Positions 44,325-57,034 of a stretch of DNA of 57,611 bases are shown one piece after another. Where the stretch lies: the NCBI RefSeq assembly GCF_006345805.1, contig NW_021833713.1, forward strand, positions 1-57,611, written 5' to 3'. Below the pieces are notes generated by a model. That model saw only the letters and a program-made list of their open reading frames with translations. It was not told the origin of the DNA and ran no database searches. How positions within the stretch are numbered: position 1 is the stretch's first letter; each line of letters opens with the position of its first letter. Both the position numbers and the translations under genes were made by a program. Source of the DNA: Octopus sinensis. Lineage: Eukaryota.

Positions 44325-46986
44325 TAAAAATAAGACATATTACTTGAAGCCTTTGACGAAATAGAAGGGGATATAGCTTCACAGAAGACAACTGGAGGTT
44401 TCTATGGGACCTGCTGAGGGCCACTGACCAGATCTGTGGCTGGTGCAAAGTTCCCTCTTGATCCAAAATAACATGGTGGTGGAACAATGTTGTTGACAGG
44501 GCTGTTAGACAAAAGAAACAGGCTTGGAAGGAAGGACTAGAAGAATGGTGGTAACAGGGAATTGTATCAGACTGGGAAGCTAGGAGACAGATTTATTTAG
44601 CTAGAGGGGAAGCGGATAAGGAAAAATTTGCCAATGTTCTGCACCGTAAGGACCAACGACTTGAGATATTTCGTGTTGCAAGACAGTGTGTGAGACAGAA
44701 TCGTGAAGTGGTAGGAGAGAAATGTGTCTGCATGGATAATGGTTCACTTGCACTAAACTAGGCTGCAAAGAGACGCCACTATGAAAGGTTGCTCAATAAA
44801 GAAAATGAATGAGAGAAATAGAGTTTGCCGAATGTCAACCCAACAGAGGGACCAGCAATCCGAGTTGACAGTACATTGGTAGATAAAGCAATTAAGAGTA
44901 TGAAGACAGGGAAAACCCACCGGCCCATCAGGAATCACTGCAGAAATGCTCAAAATATCTGGCAGTGTTGGCTATAGCCTAGCCACCTGTATAGTTAACC
45001 AGGTAATACATGAAGGAGTCATACCCAATGACTGGTGTAGCAGCACTATAGTCAACTGCTACAAAGGTAAAGGTGATGCTTTAGATACAAATAATTACAG
45101 AGATATCAAGCTGTTGGATCAGGTAATGAAGGTCACAGAGAGGGTCACAGTTTGGGTTCATGCCAGGAAAAAGCACCTCTGATGCTATATTTGTGGTGAG
45201 ACAGCTGCAGGAGAAATACTTAGCCAAAGATAAACCTCTGTACCTGCCTTTCGTTGACATGGAGAAAGCCTTTAACAGGGTTTTCCTGATCCCTTATCTG
45301 GTGGCCAATGAGGAAACTAGGGATAGATGAATGGTTAGTAAGAGCTGTGCAATCTAAGTACAGGGACGCTGTCAGTAAGGTGAGGGTTGGCAATGAATAC
45401 AGTGACGAATTCCAGATAAAGGTACAGGCCCACCAAGGTTCAGTCCTCAGTCTCCTCCTATTTATCATAGTCCTCCAGGCAATAACAGACGAATTCAAGA
45501 CAGGATGCCCCTGGGAGCTCCCCTATGCTGATGACCTTGCCCTAATTGCTGAGTCACTATCAAAACTAGAGTCAACCTAGCTAAAACCAAAATTCCTAAT
45601 AAGGGGGGGCAGACAAATCACAAATCCCTTCAGGTAGATGGCTTTGCTCGATCTGTAGAAAAGGCATAGGTAGATACTCTATAAGATGAACCCAGTGTAA
45701 ACTATGGACACATAAGAGGTGCAGCAATATCAAAGGAAGGCTAACTGGGAAGATAGTTTTTGTATGTGGCAGATGCTCAGGAGCAATAAACACTGAAAAT
45801 GTGCAGAGAACAACTTCCACCATGTTCCAGGGAGAAAAACTAGTAGTTGATAGCTTCCATTACCTAGGTGACCAAGTCAGTTGCGGAGGAGGGTGTGCTG
45901 AAAGTGTAGCTGCTAGAATAAGAATAGCCTGGGCAAAGTTCAGAGAGCTCTTACATTCAGAGTAAAAGGTAGACAGTATGATGCATGTGTACAGACAGCC
46001 ATGCTACATGGCAGAGAAACATGGGCCGTGACTGCTGAGGACATGAGTAAGCTCGCAAAGAATGAAGCCAGTATGTTCTGATGGATGTGTAATGTCAGTG
46101 TGCATACTTGACAGAGTTTAAGTACCTTGAGAGAAAAGTTGGACCTAAGAAGCATCAGATCTAAAGTGCAAGAGAGACAACTGTGCTGGTATAGTCATGT
46201 GGTGAGAATGGATGATGATAGCTGTGTGAAAAAGTGCCACACCCTCGTTGTTGAGTGAACCTGTGGAAGAGGCAGACCTAGGAAGACCTGGGATGAAGTG
46301 GTGAAGCACGACCTTTGAACTTTAGGCTTCACCGAGGCAATGACTAGTGACCAAGACCTTAGGAAATATGCTGTGCTTGAGAAGACCCGGCAAGCCAAAT
46401 GAGACCATAACCTCGTTTGCCTGTGCCAGGGGTGTAACCAGCCCACTTCTGCGTACCTTTTCCTTCTCTGAACACTAATCTCTGCTTGCGAAGACCTGTT
46501 GAGGCAAGTGAAATCAAAATCAAATTCGATAACTGGCATCCATGCTAGTGGAGCGCTAAGAGCCCCATCCGAGCATGATCATTGCCAGAGCAGCTAACTG
46601 ACTTCCATGCAAGGGGCATGTAAAAAGTACCATTTGAGCGTGATCGTTACCAGCGTCACCTTACTGGCACTTGTGCCAGTGGCACATAAAAGAACATTCG
46701 AGCAATGTCATTGCCAGTGACACTGGACTGGCTCCTGTGCAGGTGGTATGTAAAAACACCATTTGAGCATGGCCGTTGCCAGTACTGCCTGACTGGCCCT
46801 CTTGCTTGTGGCACATAAAAACACCCACTACACTCTTGGAGTGGTTGGCGTTAGGAAGAGCATCCAGCTGTAGAAATTCTGCCAGATCAGATTCGAGCCT
46901 CGTGCATCCATCTGGTTCACCAGTCCTCAGTCAAATCGTCCAACCCATGCTAGCATGGAAAGCGGACGTTAAACGATGATGATGAT
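44325..46986 (+). mobile_element. RTE LINE copy, about 2.65 kb, moderately decayed
   Basis: FVDMEKAF, HQGSVLSLLLF, LPYADDL, PHD-like finger (45645-45776), modular UTR and (GAT)n tail. Confidence 0.93.
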
Positions 46987-47099
46987 GAAATAAATATACA
47001 TATCGTAACTTATAATTATCAAATAACAAATATAGAAATCAATATTTTTACAATAATAATCGAACAAAATTTAATTCCGTTCAGTCTATCTAATGTAGT

Positions 47100-47960
47100 T
47101 CTCTGATGCCACTACTCTTCCAATTCTTCCAGGCCTGTTTCTTTGTCTAATGGCCCTGTCTACTACACTGTCCTACAACCATGTCCCTACATCTAGTTGG
47201 GACTTTGCACCAGGCACAAATTTGATCAGTGGCTCTCACTAAATTAACCTGTAGAAACTCCAAGTTGTCCTCTAGGTTACATTTCTGTAACCTTTCTTCA
47301 TCAAATGCTTCATTTAAAGTGTCTTTAAATCACTGATCCTTAAGCTTCCAAATCCTTCTTTTCTAGACTGGTCTGCTTCTTGGAATTCTTCTAGCCTGAA
47401 GTCTGAGGTCACTAATGACTAACCTATGATAAGGGGTAGATTTCTCACCCCAGAAGGTACACCATGTACACCACCGAAGCCAACTGGATGCTGTCCAACA
47501 TGTCCACTGAAGTCACCAGTCATGAAAATAAGGTCACTGGCATTTGTCCTTGAAGCAGTCTGCAAAATCGATCCTCTTGTTCATTTGGTAGATATGGTTG
47601 AGGAGCACAGGTGGAAATAATTGTTGCTGTACTACCTTGTGTAACTAATCTAAGCTTAAATATCCTCTCTCACAGTCTGAGTACCTCAATTACCTTATCC
47701 ACCAATTTATTAAATAAAAGTATGCTAACACCACCTACCCCACCATTATTGTCTTCCTAGAAGATTTTATACTTATGTTCTTTGCCTGTGAGGAACCTGG
47801 ATGAAGCTCCCCTCCACCCTTCTTCTTGAATACAACACATATTGGCACACTTCCACTGAGACATCTCAACTATCTCACCAGACCTACCTTTCAATGTGCC
47901 TACAGTGACAGTGCCAACTGTAAGGAAGTGAAATCGGAGGTAGGAGGGAACAGGGATGGG
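47100..47960 (-). mobile_element. RTE LINE 5' part (APE endonuclease)
   Basis: VGTVTVGTLKGRSGEIVEM..CCIQEEGWRGASSRFLTGKEHKYKIF and FMTGDFSGHVGQHPVGFGGVHG. Confidence 0.85.
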
Positions 47961-48886
47961 TGACAGCATACAGCATCTAAAAAGAAACTTTCAACAAGCA
48001 TTTGCCAGTAACACACATGTCAGTTGTCCTCACAGTTAATCAACCATTATTCATTCATGTCACATTTGCTGCATCTACTGGAGGTGAGTGTGCTTTACAA
48101 TCCTACTTAATACTAAGATAAATCAAAATTTATTAGTTGATTAGTTAATTGATAGGTTCTCTTCAGTTACATTTTGGTGCAAAGCATACAAGCTATAGCA
48201 TTCATATTACAGTAACAGAGGTGAGACACTACTGAGAGAGAAAAAAGGAGGGAAGAGCAACAGAAGGGTTGTTAAGAGAGATTCTGGTACAGAAGATAGG
48301 TTTTCAGAACGAGTAAAGGGTGTAGGTATAGTGGGTGGTGAAAGGGTATAGGTGTTGGGGATGGGAATGAGTAGAGTGGGTATAGATAGTGGGGCTGGAA
48401 GGGTGGGCACATTGCAAGCAAATGAAGGATCCCAACTTTAGAAAGAAAATACAAACACCATCCAGACAATAATTAAGAGAGGATATGAAAAGCTTTTTGT
48501 GAGAAATAAACACAGATTTTCAACAAGTCAGACTCTAGAGCCAGTACTGAAAGTTACAACACTTTTCACATGAACATATTCATGTAAACAATGCAAACGA
48601 AGACAGAAAAACAGGTAATGGGTGTATACATACTTCAGGAAGTTACTGCTCCCTCCTCAGCACCATATCCAGAACACCAAGTCCAGCAGCACAACATACA
48701 TACATACATACATACATACCAATACACAGTATATAGTACTGAGTATATGTAGAATATACTATAATGACATATGTGCTTGTATATGAACACATATATGTAC
48801 AACTTGCATTTCTCTTTTGAAGGTAAAAACCATTTTGTAATTTTCATAAAATAAGGCACAATACTCAGCAGTATAGTAATATTTTT

Positions 48887-48926
<40 letters not shown>

Positions 48927-49049
48927 CTCACACACACACACAAACACATAATAGTTGCAACTTCATTTCAAATAATGCCACTACTTGATAGTTCTTTTGA
49001 ACATAAGCAACATTGATGTGGCTTTTGATATATCACAATGATGGGCACC

Positions 49050-50216
49050 TTTTGTAGGTGTTATAGTATTGCTTTGGTGAATTGTCATGGCATTTCACTC
49101 TGTCTCCTGATGCACATTCTTTTCCACATTCACTGCAAGAAGAGATGCTGCACAATGTATAGTTAACAATGTTCCTCTGTGTGTGTGTAGCTTCTCTGGT
49201 GACTTCTATGGTATGTCTGTCTTAGAAACAACCACATTTGTTACATGTTAAACCAACATTCTCAGGCAGATTAACATCAAGACCCTTATGAACATCTCTC
49301 TTGAGATTTTCATGCTCAGTACAATTTCATTCAAATTCCTTCCAGTGATGATGCACTGATTTTATCTATAATGAATGATCTAGAATGATGTCTCTTCCAT
49401 TTTCCAACATTTTAACCTTTTCCAATATATTCTTGATGCAGTTCTTATTTCATTTAAGATTGTGTGCTGGTCTTTTACCCTGACCAAACTTACAACATAT
49501 AAATTGCTAAGGAATCCAACCGTCTTCCATCTTGACCATATAACCACTGCATCATAATCTTCAACTACTAGAAACTATAGCTAGAAACTAGGCTTATTGA
49601 ATTCAAGGAATTTGTCACTTATGTTTGTTACTGAGCATTTAGTAGATGACAGCCTATTCATATGTTTCTAGTAAATAACAAAGATCTGACAAGACGATCG
49701 CAATAAAAACAACATTACAAGTATTGCAGACTTTTGATTTTGTCACAACTGAAATTCCATACCAAGACCCTAAACTTCTAACAAATTTTCCAAATGCATC
49801 ACAGGCTTTCTTGATATGGAGGGAAATTTCATTATCAAGAATATTCGTCATTTTCACAGTACTGTCTAAATACAAAAATTTTTCCACAAGCAACAATTTC
49901 TGTCCATATAGATAAACACAAGAGTAGGCTTTACCTTGTGCAGATTGGTATATTATGACTGTCTTTTGTAGGCTGGTTGTTAGGCTCAATGCATTGCATG
50001 CTGTTGAAAAGGAGTCCATAAGATGCTGCCTATCATTCTGGGAGTGAGCATCAAGATAAATATGAAAGTCATCACTATACAAGAATTTACATATAAGGAT
50101 GCCTTTTTTTTGGCAGCAACATCATCCCCATTGTTCAGTATCCCATATAGAATCCATGTAAGCACTTCTCAAAATCCATCGAGAACACCAAAGAAAATAC
50201 AAGGCAAATGAAGTTG

Positions 50217-50222
<6 letters not shown>
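49050..50222 (-). mobile_element. Old BovB-type RTE fragment (RT C-terminal half)
   Basis: LYSDD..AHSQNDRQHLMDSFSTACNALSLTTSLQKT..EKFLYLDST..EISLHIKKACDAFGK. This is a different RTE lineage from the dominant family. Confidence 0.8.
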
Positions 50223-50249
<27 letters not shown>

Positions 50250-51551
50250 CTAGCGTTGCCCGTGTTACATTCAATTGAAGAATTAGACTTTTCTGTTATA
50301 TTTTCTGTAATGAACTGGAATACCTATGTTTCGAATTTTATCAAAATTGCAGATGAGGGTTATTTCCCTCTTTACACACCCTAAAAAATTGTAATCGTGT
50401 CACATGTATCCCATACTACAGATTTTTATGCGCATATTCCAAAATTCCAGTCTTATTGAACCTGTTAAAAGGATTTTGCTCCTGAAACATGATGGTCATG
50501 GAGCTCTAAAATGTGAGAGTTAAGGCCCCTGTTGGGGGTGGGCATCTTAATGTCAACCAGAGAAGTTGAATTGTTGAGAATCTTTTTAACTTGGGTCTTA
50601 TATCTATTGTTTGAATTTCTTTGAATTAAGAAATATATGTTCACTGGGTTTGTAAAAAAGAGCAAAGCTACAGGAAACGAAAAGATGAATGATCACAATA
50701 AGCAGTCAGCTACCCTACCTTAGTCGTTACCACTCCCAATGTAGGATTCCTCACCATCTAGGTGACAGGCACAGCCGTAAGATACATTACGAATGTATAG
50801 CAATTGGAAGGACGTGACCCAACTGAAATCAACATTAACAACTGTGTGACGTGAGGCCTAAGGAGAATTGAAAGTGTCACCCCTGGAGTTTGCAAATGAC
50901 CACTATACTGATATGTAACTGGACAGTGTAAATTTACAATCTATAAATGTCTTTGAATAATCAGTCACTCACCTGGGAAGGCCTTGAAATCAATGGTACA
51001 ATCTGGGGACTATGTGTGACCCAGTGATAATAAAAAGACTGAAAGGAGGTCTGCAATGAAATAACTTTACTCAACACTTTGCAACTGAATCAGTGGAGGC
51101 AAAGATGCCTCTCATTTACTTGACAATTTATGCACCACATTGCAGAAATCACAATGTAAGTGTATGTCAAAGCAAACTGTTGCACTGTTGTACCATTGAA
51201 TTACAAATAATGCTCATCTTTTATGCTTGAGTAACCTACAGCTTCCAAGAGCACAACTGTATTCATTTTTGCTTAGATAAAATGACAAAATTGTGATGTT
51301 AAGTCCCCATGGAAGGGTCTTTCTAACTTATAAGATGATGAAATTTTATAAATATTACTTCATTTGTGTCTAATATCTATGGTTAAAATTTCATCAACAG
51401 CAAAAATATATGAATTGTCATGGGGGTTATGGCCCTTATGCATAGAATATAATTTTCAAATTTCATAAAGATCCATTCAGTACTTTTGACCTAGTTTTGG
51501 AACATAAAAGAAATAACTAAAATTTGGGAGTTCAGGCCCACATTAGGGTGT

Positions 51552-51560
<9 letters not shown>
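50250..51560 (-). mobile_element. Helitron-like element (3' CTAG|T at 50250-50253)
   Basis: ACTAGCGTTGCCCGTG next to a TA tract. The other end lies in a (TA)n(GA)n tract after an aaatttcataaagatccattcagt motif similar to other Helitron-like subterminal regions. Confidence 0.5.
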
Positions 51561-51615
<55 letters not shown>

Positions 51616-51908
51616 TAGATATATAGATAGATAGATGGATAAACAGATAGATAGATAGATATAGATACACACATACATACAAAGATAAATTGATAGATAC
51701 AATTGAGTGGGCAAACAAAAATATTATATTACTCTATTAATTTCTTCTTGTGAAACCAGTAAGTTATGAGGATGTAAACAAATGAACAGCAGTTGTGAAG
51801 CAGTGATGAGGGCAAAACACAGAGACAAAGACACATATACACTTACATATATACATACATATATATACAATTGATTTGCTTCAGTTCCTGTCTACGAAAT
51901 GCATATCA

Positions 51909-51970
<62 letters not shown>

Positions 51971-52039
51971 ATATACACACACACACAAAAGATAAATTGA
52001 TAGATACAACTCAGTGGGCAAACAAAAATAAGAGACACT

Positions 52040-52375
52040 GCCTTGTGCTTTTTTTTTATTTTGATAAGCCTGGTACTTATTCTATCAGTTTCTTCTTAAG
52101 AAACCAGTAAGTTATGGGGATGTAAATAAACGAACACCTTTTGTGAAGCAGTGATGAGGGAGAACACAAAGACACACACATAGACTTACATATATACATA
52201 CATATATATATATACAATTGATTTATTTCAGTTTCTGTCTACAAAATCCACTGACAAGGCTTTGGTTGGTCTGAGGCTATAGCAGAAGACACATGCTAAG
52301 TAACCACACAGTGGGACTGAGACTGAGGACCATGTGTTTTGGAACCAAGTTTGTTACCACACAGCCACACCTGCA
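52040..52375 (-). mobile_element. tRNA-derived SINE (same family as 32935-33285)
   Basis: Head at about 52260-52375 (cacacagtgggactg, ccacacagccacacctg) plus the 3' domain. Confidence 0.75.
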
Positions 52376-52479
52376 CCTATGTATGTGTGCCTCTGTGTGT
52401 GTGTGTGTATATGTATGCATGTATATATATGTATATATTACATGTACATCTATATCTATAGAAATACATCTATACATAT

Positions 52480-52799
<320 letters not shown>

Positions 52800-52802
<3 letters not shown>

Positions 52803-53282
52803 TAAAAATTTGAATTTAAAATAATAAGGGTGAAAGATTGAATATTAATTTGATTAATATGAATTGAAAACCAGTGGTGTAGCATATAAGACCATAGCGG
52901 ATCTTCTAGCAAAATAGATATCCACTCTTAATGGTTCGTCATCATCATCATCGTTTAACGTCCGCTTTCCATGCTAGCATGGGTTGGACGGTTCAACTGG
53001 GGTCTGGGAAGCCAGAAGGCTGCACCAGGCCCAATTGCTAAACACCCGCTCCTTTAAATTTTAATCCCCTTCCAGCCCCATTTAGACCCCTTTTCACATT
53101 TTGGTTAATATAACCCGATTTCATTCAGGTCTACTGGGGCCACAATTTATAAGATGAGGAATTTTGTCCTAGAGGTCACGCCTTTCATTTGAGGAAAAAA
53201 ATAGTTGTCATGCAAACTTGCCAGCACTTTTAACATAGGTGTGCATATTTTCAGCTGAATCGACCGACCACATAATGCACAC

Positions 53283-53290
<8 letters not shown>
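52800..53290. repeat. Duplicated segments X (52800-53032, matching 53450-53682) and Y (53033-53290, matching 55585-55840)
   Basis: Offsets are 650 and 2552 bp, with only a few substitutions. Confidence 0.92.
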
Positions 53291-53340
<50 letters not shown>

Positions 53341-53406
53341 ATATAATATATATATATACATCCATATACATACACATCTATATATATACATCCATATATA
53401 TACATC

Positions 53407-53441
<35 letters not shown>

Positions 53442-53585
53442 TATATATACACATATAAATTTGAATTAAAATAATAAGGGTGAAAGATTGAATATTAATT
53501 TGATTAATATGAATTGAAAACCAGCGGTGTAGCATATAAGACCATAGCGGATCTTCTAGCAAAATAGATGTCCACTCTTAATGGT

Positions 53586-54345
53586 TCGTCATCATCATCA
53601 TCGTTTAACGTCCGCTTTCCATGCTAGCATGGGTTGGACGGTTCAACTGGGGTCTGGGAAGCCAGAAGGCTGCACCAGGCCCAGTCTGATCTGGCAGTGT
53701 TTCTACAGCTGGATGCCCTTCCTAACGCCAACCACTCCGTGAGTGTAGTGGGTGCTTTTTACAAGCCACCGGTACAGGTGCCAGACGAGGCTGGCAAACA
53801 GCCACGATCAGATGGTGCTTTTTACATGCCACCGGCACGGAAGCCATTCAGGGCGGCGCTGGCTACGGCCACATTCAGATGGTTCTCTTACGTGCCACCG
53901 GCACTGGTATCACAGCTACAAATTCCACTGATGTTGATAGATTACAATTTTGATTTTCACTTGCCTCAACAGGTCTTCACAAGTGGAGTTTTGTGTCCCA
54001 AGAAGGAAAGGAACGCATAAGTGGGCTGGCTACATCCTAGGTAGAGGCCACGGGATTATGGCCTCACTTATCCTGCCGGGTCTTCTCACGCACAGCATAA
54101 TTCCAATGGTCTCGGTCTCTAGTCATTTCCTCGGTGAGACCTAAAGTTCAAAGGTCGTGCTTCACCACCTCGTCCCAGGTTTTCCTGGGTCTACCTCTTC
54201 CACAGGTTCCCTCAACTGCTAGGGTGTGGCACTTTTTCACACAACTACCTTCATCCATTCTCACCACATGACCATACCAGCGCAAACGTCTCTCTTGCAC
54301 ACCACAACTGATGCTTCTTAGGTCCAACTTTTCTCTCAAAGTACA
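53586..54345 (-). mobile_element. Young 5'-truncated RTE copy
   Basis: LREKLDLRSISCGVQERRLRWYGHVVRMDEGSCVKKCHTLAVEGTCGRGRPRKTWDEVVKHDL, followed by the UTR and tail. Confidence 0.92.
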
Positions 54346-54647
54346 CTCTGTCAAGTTATATAATAGTTTCACTTTAATAGTTTCAATATTAAACTGAAAG
54401 CATCTGACATTACAATAGAGATGTTTTTGTTTCACTTTTAACACGTAATACTGAAATAGTGGAGAAGATATGATATTGCTGTGGGCTTGCCCTAGGCATG
54501 AACTTAAAAACTTTTTTTTGCCCATGACACTACATGGACCCCAAGTAACGCATGTATAAAATTTGAATGAAATTGGTCGTGTAGTTCTCAAGTTTCAGTG
54601 ATTCACACAGACAGACAGACATACATTCTCAGTTTTATATATATAGA
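54346..54647 (-). mobile_element. 5'-terminal approx. 300 bp of the copy A/B Helitron-like family
   Basis: Matches 7200-7475 and 41590-42005. Begins TCTATATATATAAAACTGAG on the minus strand. Confidence 0.75.
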
Positions 54648-54714
54648 CTAGCTGAAGGTGACCCGGTCTACGCGCGGGTAAGAGTGTGGTTGTTACTTTC
54701 TGTTGCTTCCTTTC

Positions 54715-55008
54715 AGCACATAAAAAGCACCATCCGAACGTGGCCGATTGCAGCGCCACCTTGACTGGCACCAACCGATCGTTGCCGCTGCGAGCCCCCC
54801 TGGAACCAGTGCCGGCGGCACGAAAAAAGCACCCACTACACTCACAGAGTGGTTGGCGTTAGGAAGGTCATCCACCTGTAGAAACACTGCCAGATCAGAC
54901 TGGAGCCTGGTGCAGCCTCCTGGCTTCCCAGACCCCAGTCAAACTGTCCAACCCGTGCTAGCACAGAAAATGGACGTTAAACGATGATGATGATGATGAT
55001 GATGATGA
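54715..55008 (+). mobile_element. RTE 3'-tail copy
   Basis: Two UTR modules, the shared terminus and (GAT)n. Confidence 0.88.
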
Positions 55009-55850
55009 TTCTCCCTCTTTGTTTCTCTCTCCTTTCTCTCTCACTTTCCCCACTCTCTTACTCTTCCCTTCTCTCGGACTCTCCCTCGCTTTCTCTTACT
55101 CTCTATCTTTATCTATCTCTATCTTTATCTATCTCTCTCCCATTTATAAACAACAAAAGATCTTGAGTAAGTTGAGAAATAAAATATTTAGAAAGATCAA
55201 TCATAAATATCAGGCAGTGGCAATCGAAAGGTCTGCTTCAAGGCAGACAGCAAAACGCTAACATTTAAAAAGGACAGACGAACTTGCTAGCTGAATAAAA
55301 ATAATAAAATATTGGAAACCAAAGTCTGAAGGGATAGAATCTGAGGATAGTAGAGTCACCATGGCTGGCATTTCTTAACAATGGACAGCAACGTATTGAC
55401 AGTTTAACGGCTGGCGTAAAATTTTGAACTTGATGTAAAAGAAAATTCATAAACACCAAGTTTTGAAGTGATTCTTTCTCACGACAGTAGACTCACGATG
55501 GCAAGCATTCAAAACTTCATCATGGACGGCAACACATTGACGATTAAAAGGCTGGCGCAAATTTTTTAGCTTGATGTAACAGAGAATTGCTAAACACCCG
55601 CTCCTTTAAATTTTAATCCCCTTCCAGCCCCATTTAAACCCCTTTTCACATTTTGGTTAATATAACCCGATTCCATTCGGGTCTACTGGGGCCACAATTT
55701 ATAAGATGAGGAATTTTGTCCTAGAGGTCACGCCTTTCATTTGAGGAAAAAAATAGTTGTCATGCAAACTTGCCAGCACTTTTAACATAGGTGTGCATAT
55801 TTTCAGCTGAATCGACCGACCACATAATGCACACATTATATATATATATG

Positions 55851-55891
<41 letters not shown>

Positions 55892-55908
55892 ACGCATTAT
55901 ATATACAA

Positions 55909-55940
<32 letters not shown>

Positions 55941-56319
55941 CATTAAATTAGAGATAAAACCACTAATAGGCAAATGAAACTGAAAAACCAAAAACATAAA
56001 AATAAAAATATAATATATAAAATATATAAAATATAAAATTGAAAAATTTAAATTATTTAAATTTAAAATAAAAATTATTAAATTATATTTATAATTTGTT
56101 TAAAAATATATATAACTATGAAAAAGTATTAAAAAGTTTAATATATATAAATACAGATATATACACTTTGTATATATACATTATATATACATATTTATAT
56201 ATAGAACACACATATATAAATGAACGCAAGGAATATCTGATTCATAATATTTGTTCTCATGATTGTGTGTTGTTGGTGGCGATGATAATTATCTCTATGA
56301 ATGCAGACAGTGAGATAAA

Positions 56320-56610
56320 GAACGCTGTTTGACGAACTTATAAAGGGAAAGTGAAGGGGAGTTAGAGGGGAATGGAGGAAATAGCGTGAGTGAGGAAGAC
56401 AGATACGCAAAAGAATGGGAGTGGACTTATCAAAGTGGATTTTTGGCCCTAGCAACGACACCTTTTAAGATAGGGATTTCTAAGGTAGCCCACGGGCATC
56501 GTCACCTCATTTTACATGTCCCTGTAAATTTTGGTGTCAATCCGACGGGTTGTAGTGGCCTTGAAAGCGATCCAAGCGGTCCAAAAACATTTCAGTTTTA
56601 TATATAGAGA
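56320..56610 (-). mobile_element. Helitron-like 5' terminal segment
   Basis: A|TCTCTATATATAAAACTGAAATG at 56610 on the minus strand, similar to the other 5' ends. Confidence 0.5.
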
Positions 56611-56614
56611 TATA

Positions 56615-57020
56615 TGGCTTTGTAACACCATTTCAACACATACTCTCAATTCTATCATGAAAACATCTAAGCAGAGGAACACACTTAACAGGACACTGAA
56701 GATTCAGAACATTCCATAAAGCACCTCTATTTACAGGATCAAAAGTCTTCTTCAGATCAACAGAGACTTCATACAAGTCCAGCTTCTGTTCAATGCATTT
56801 CTCTTGAAGTTGCCTGACAGGATGCAAAACAAAAATCCTATCCAATATCACTCTGCCACTTCTAAAACTATACTGAGACTCCAGAAGAAGCTTCTCAGCA
56901 ATGTTGCTGGGAAGTCAATCCAGAATGACACAAAACCTTGCTTATAAGAGAAAGAGAAGATAATTACTGTGGAATTTCCCAACTCTCTGTTGTAGACAAA
57001 GTGTGGTGTATGTTTATATT
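56615..57020 (-). mobile_element. Old BovB-type RTE fragment (RT N-terminal half)
   Basis: VRQLQEKCIEQKLDLYEVSVDLKKTFDPVNRGALWNVL..FHD. Confidence 0.8.
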
Positions 57021-57034
57021 TATGTACATCTAAG

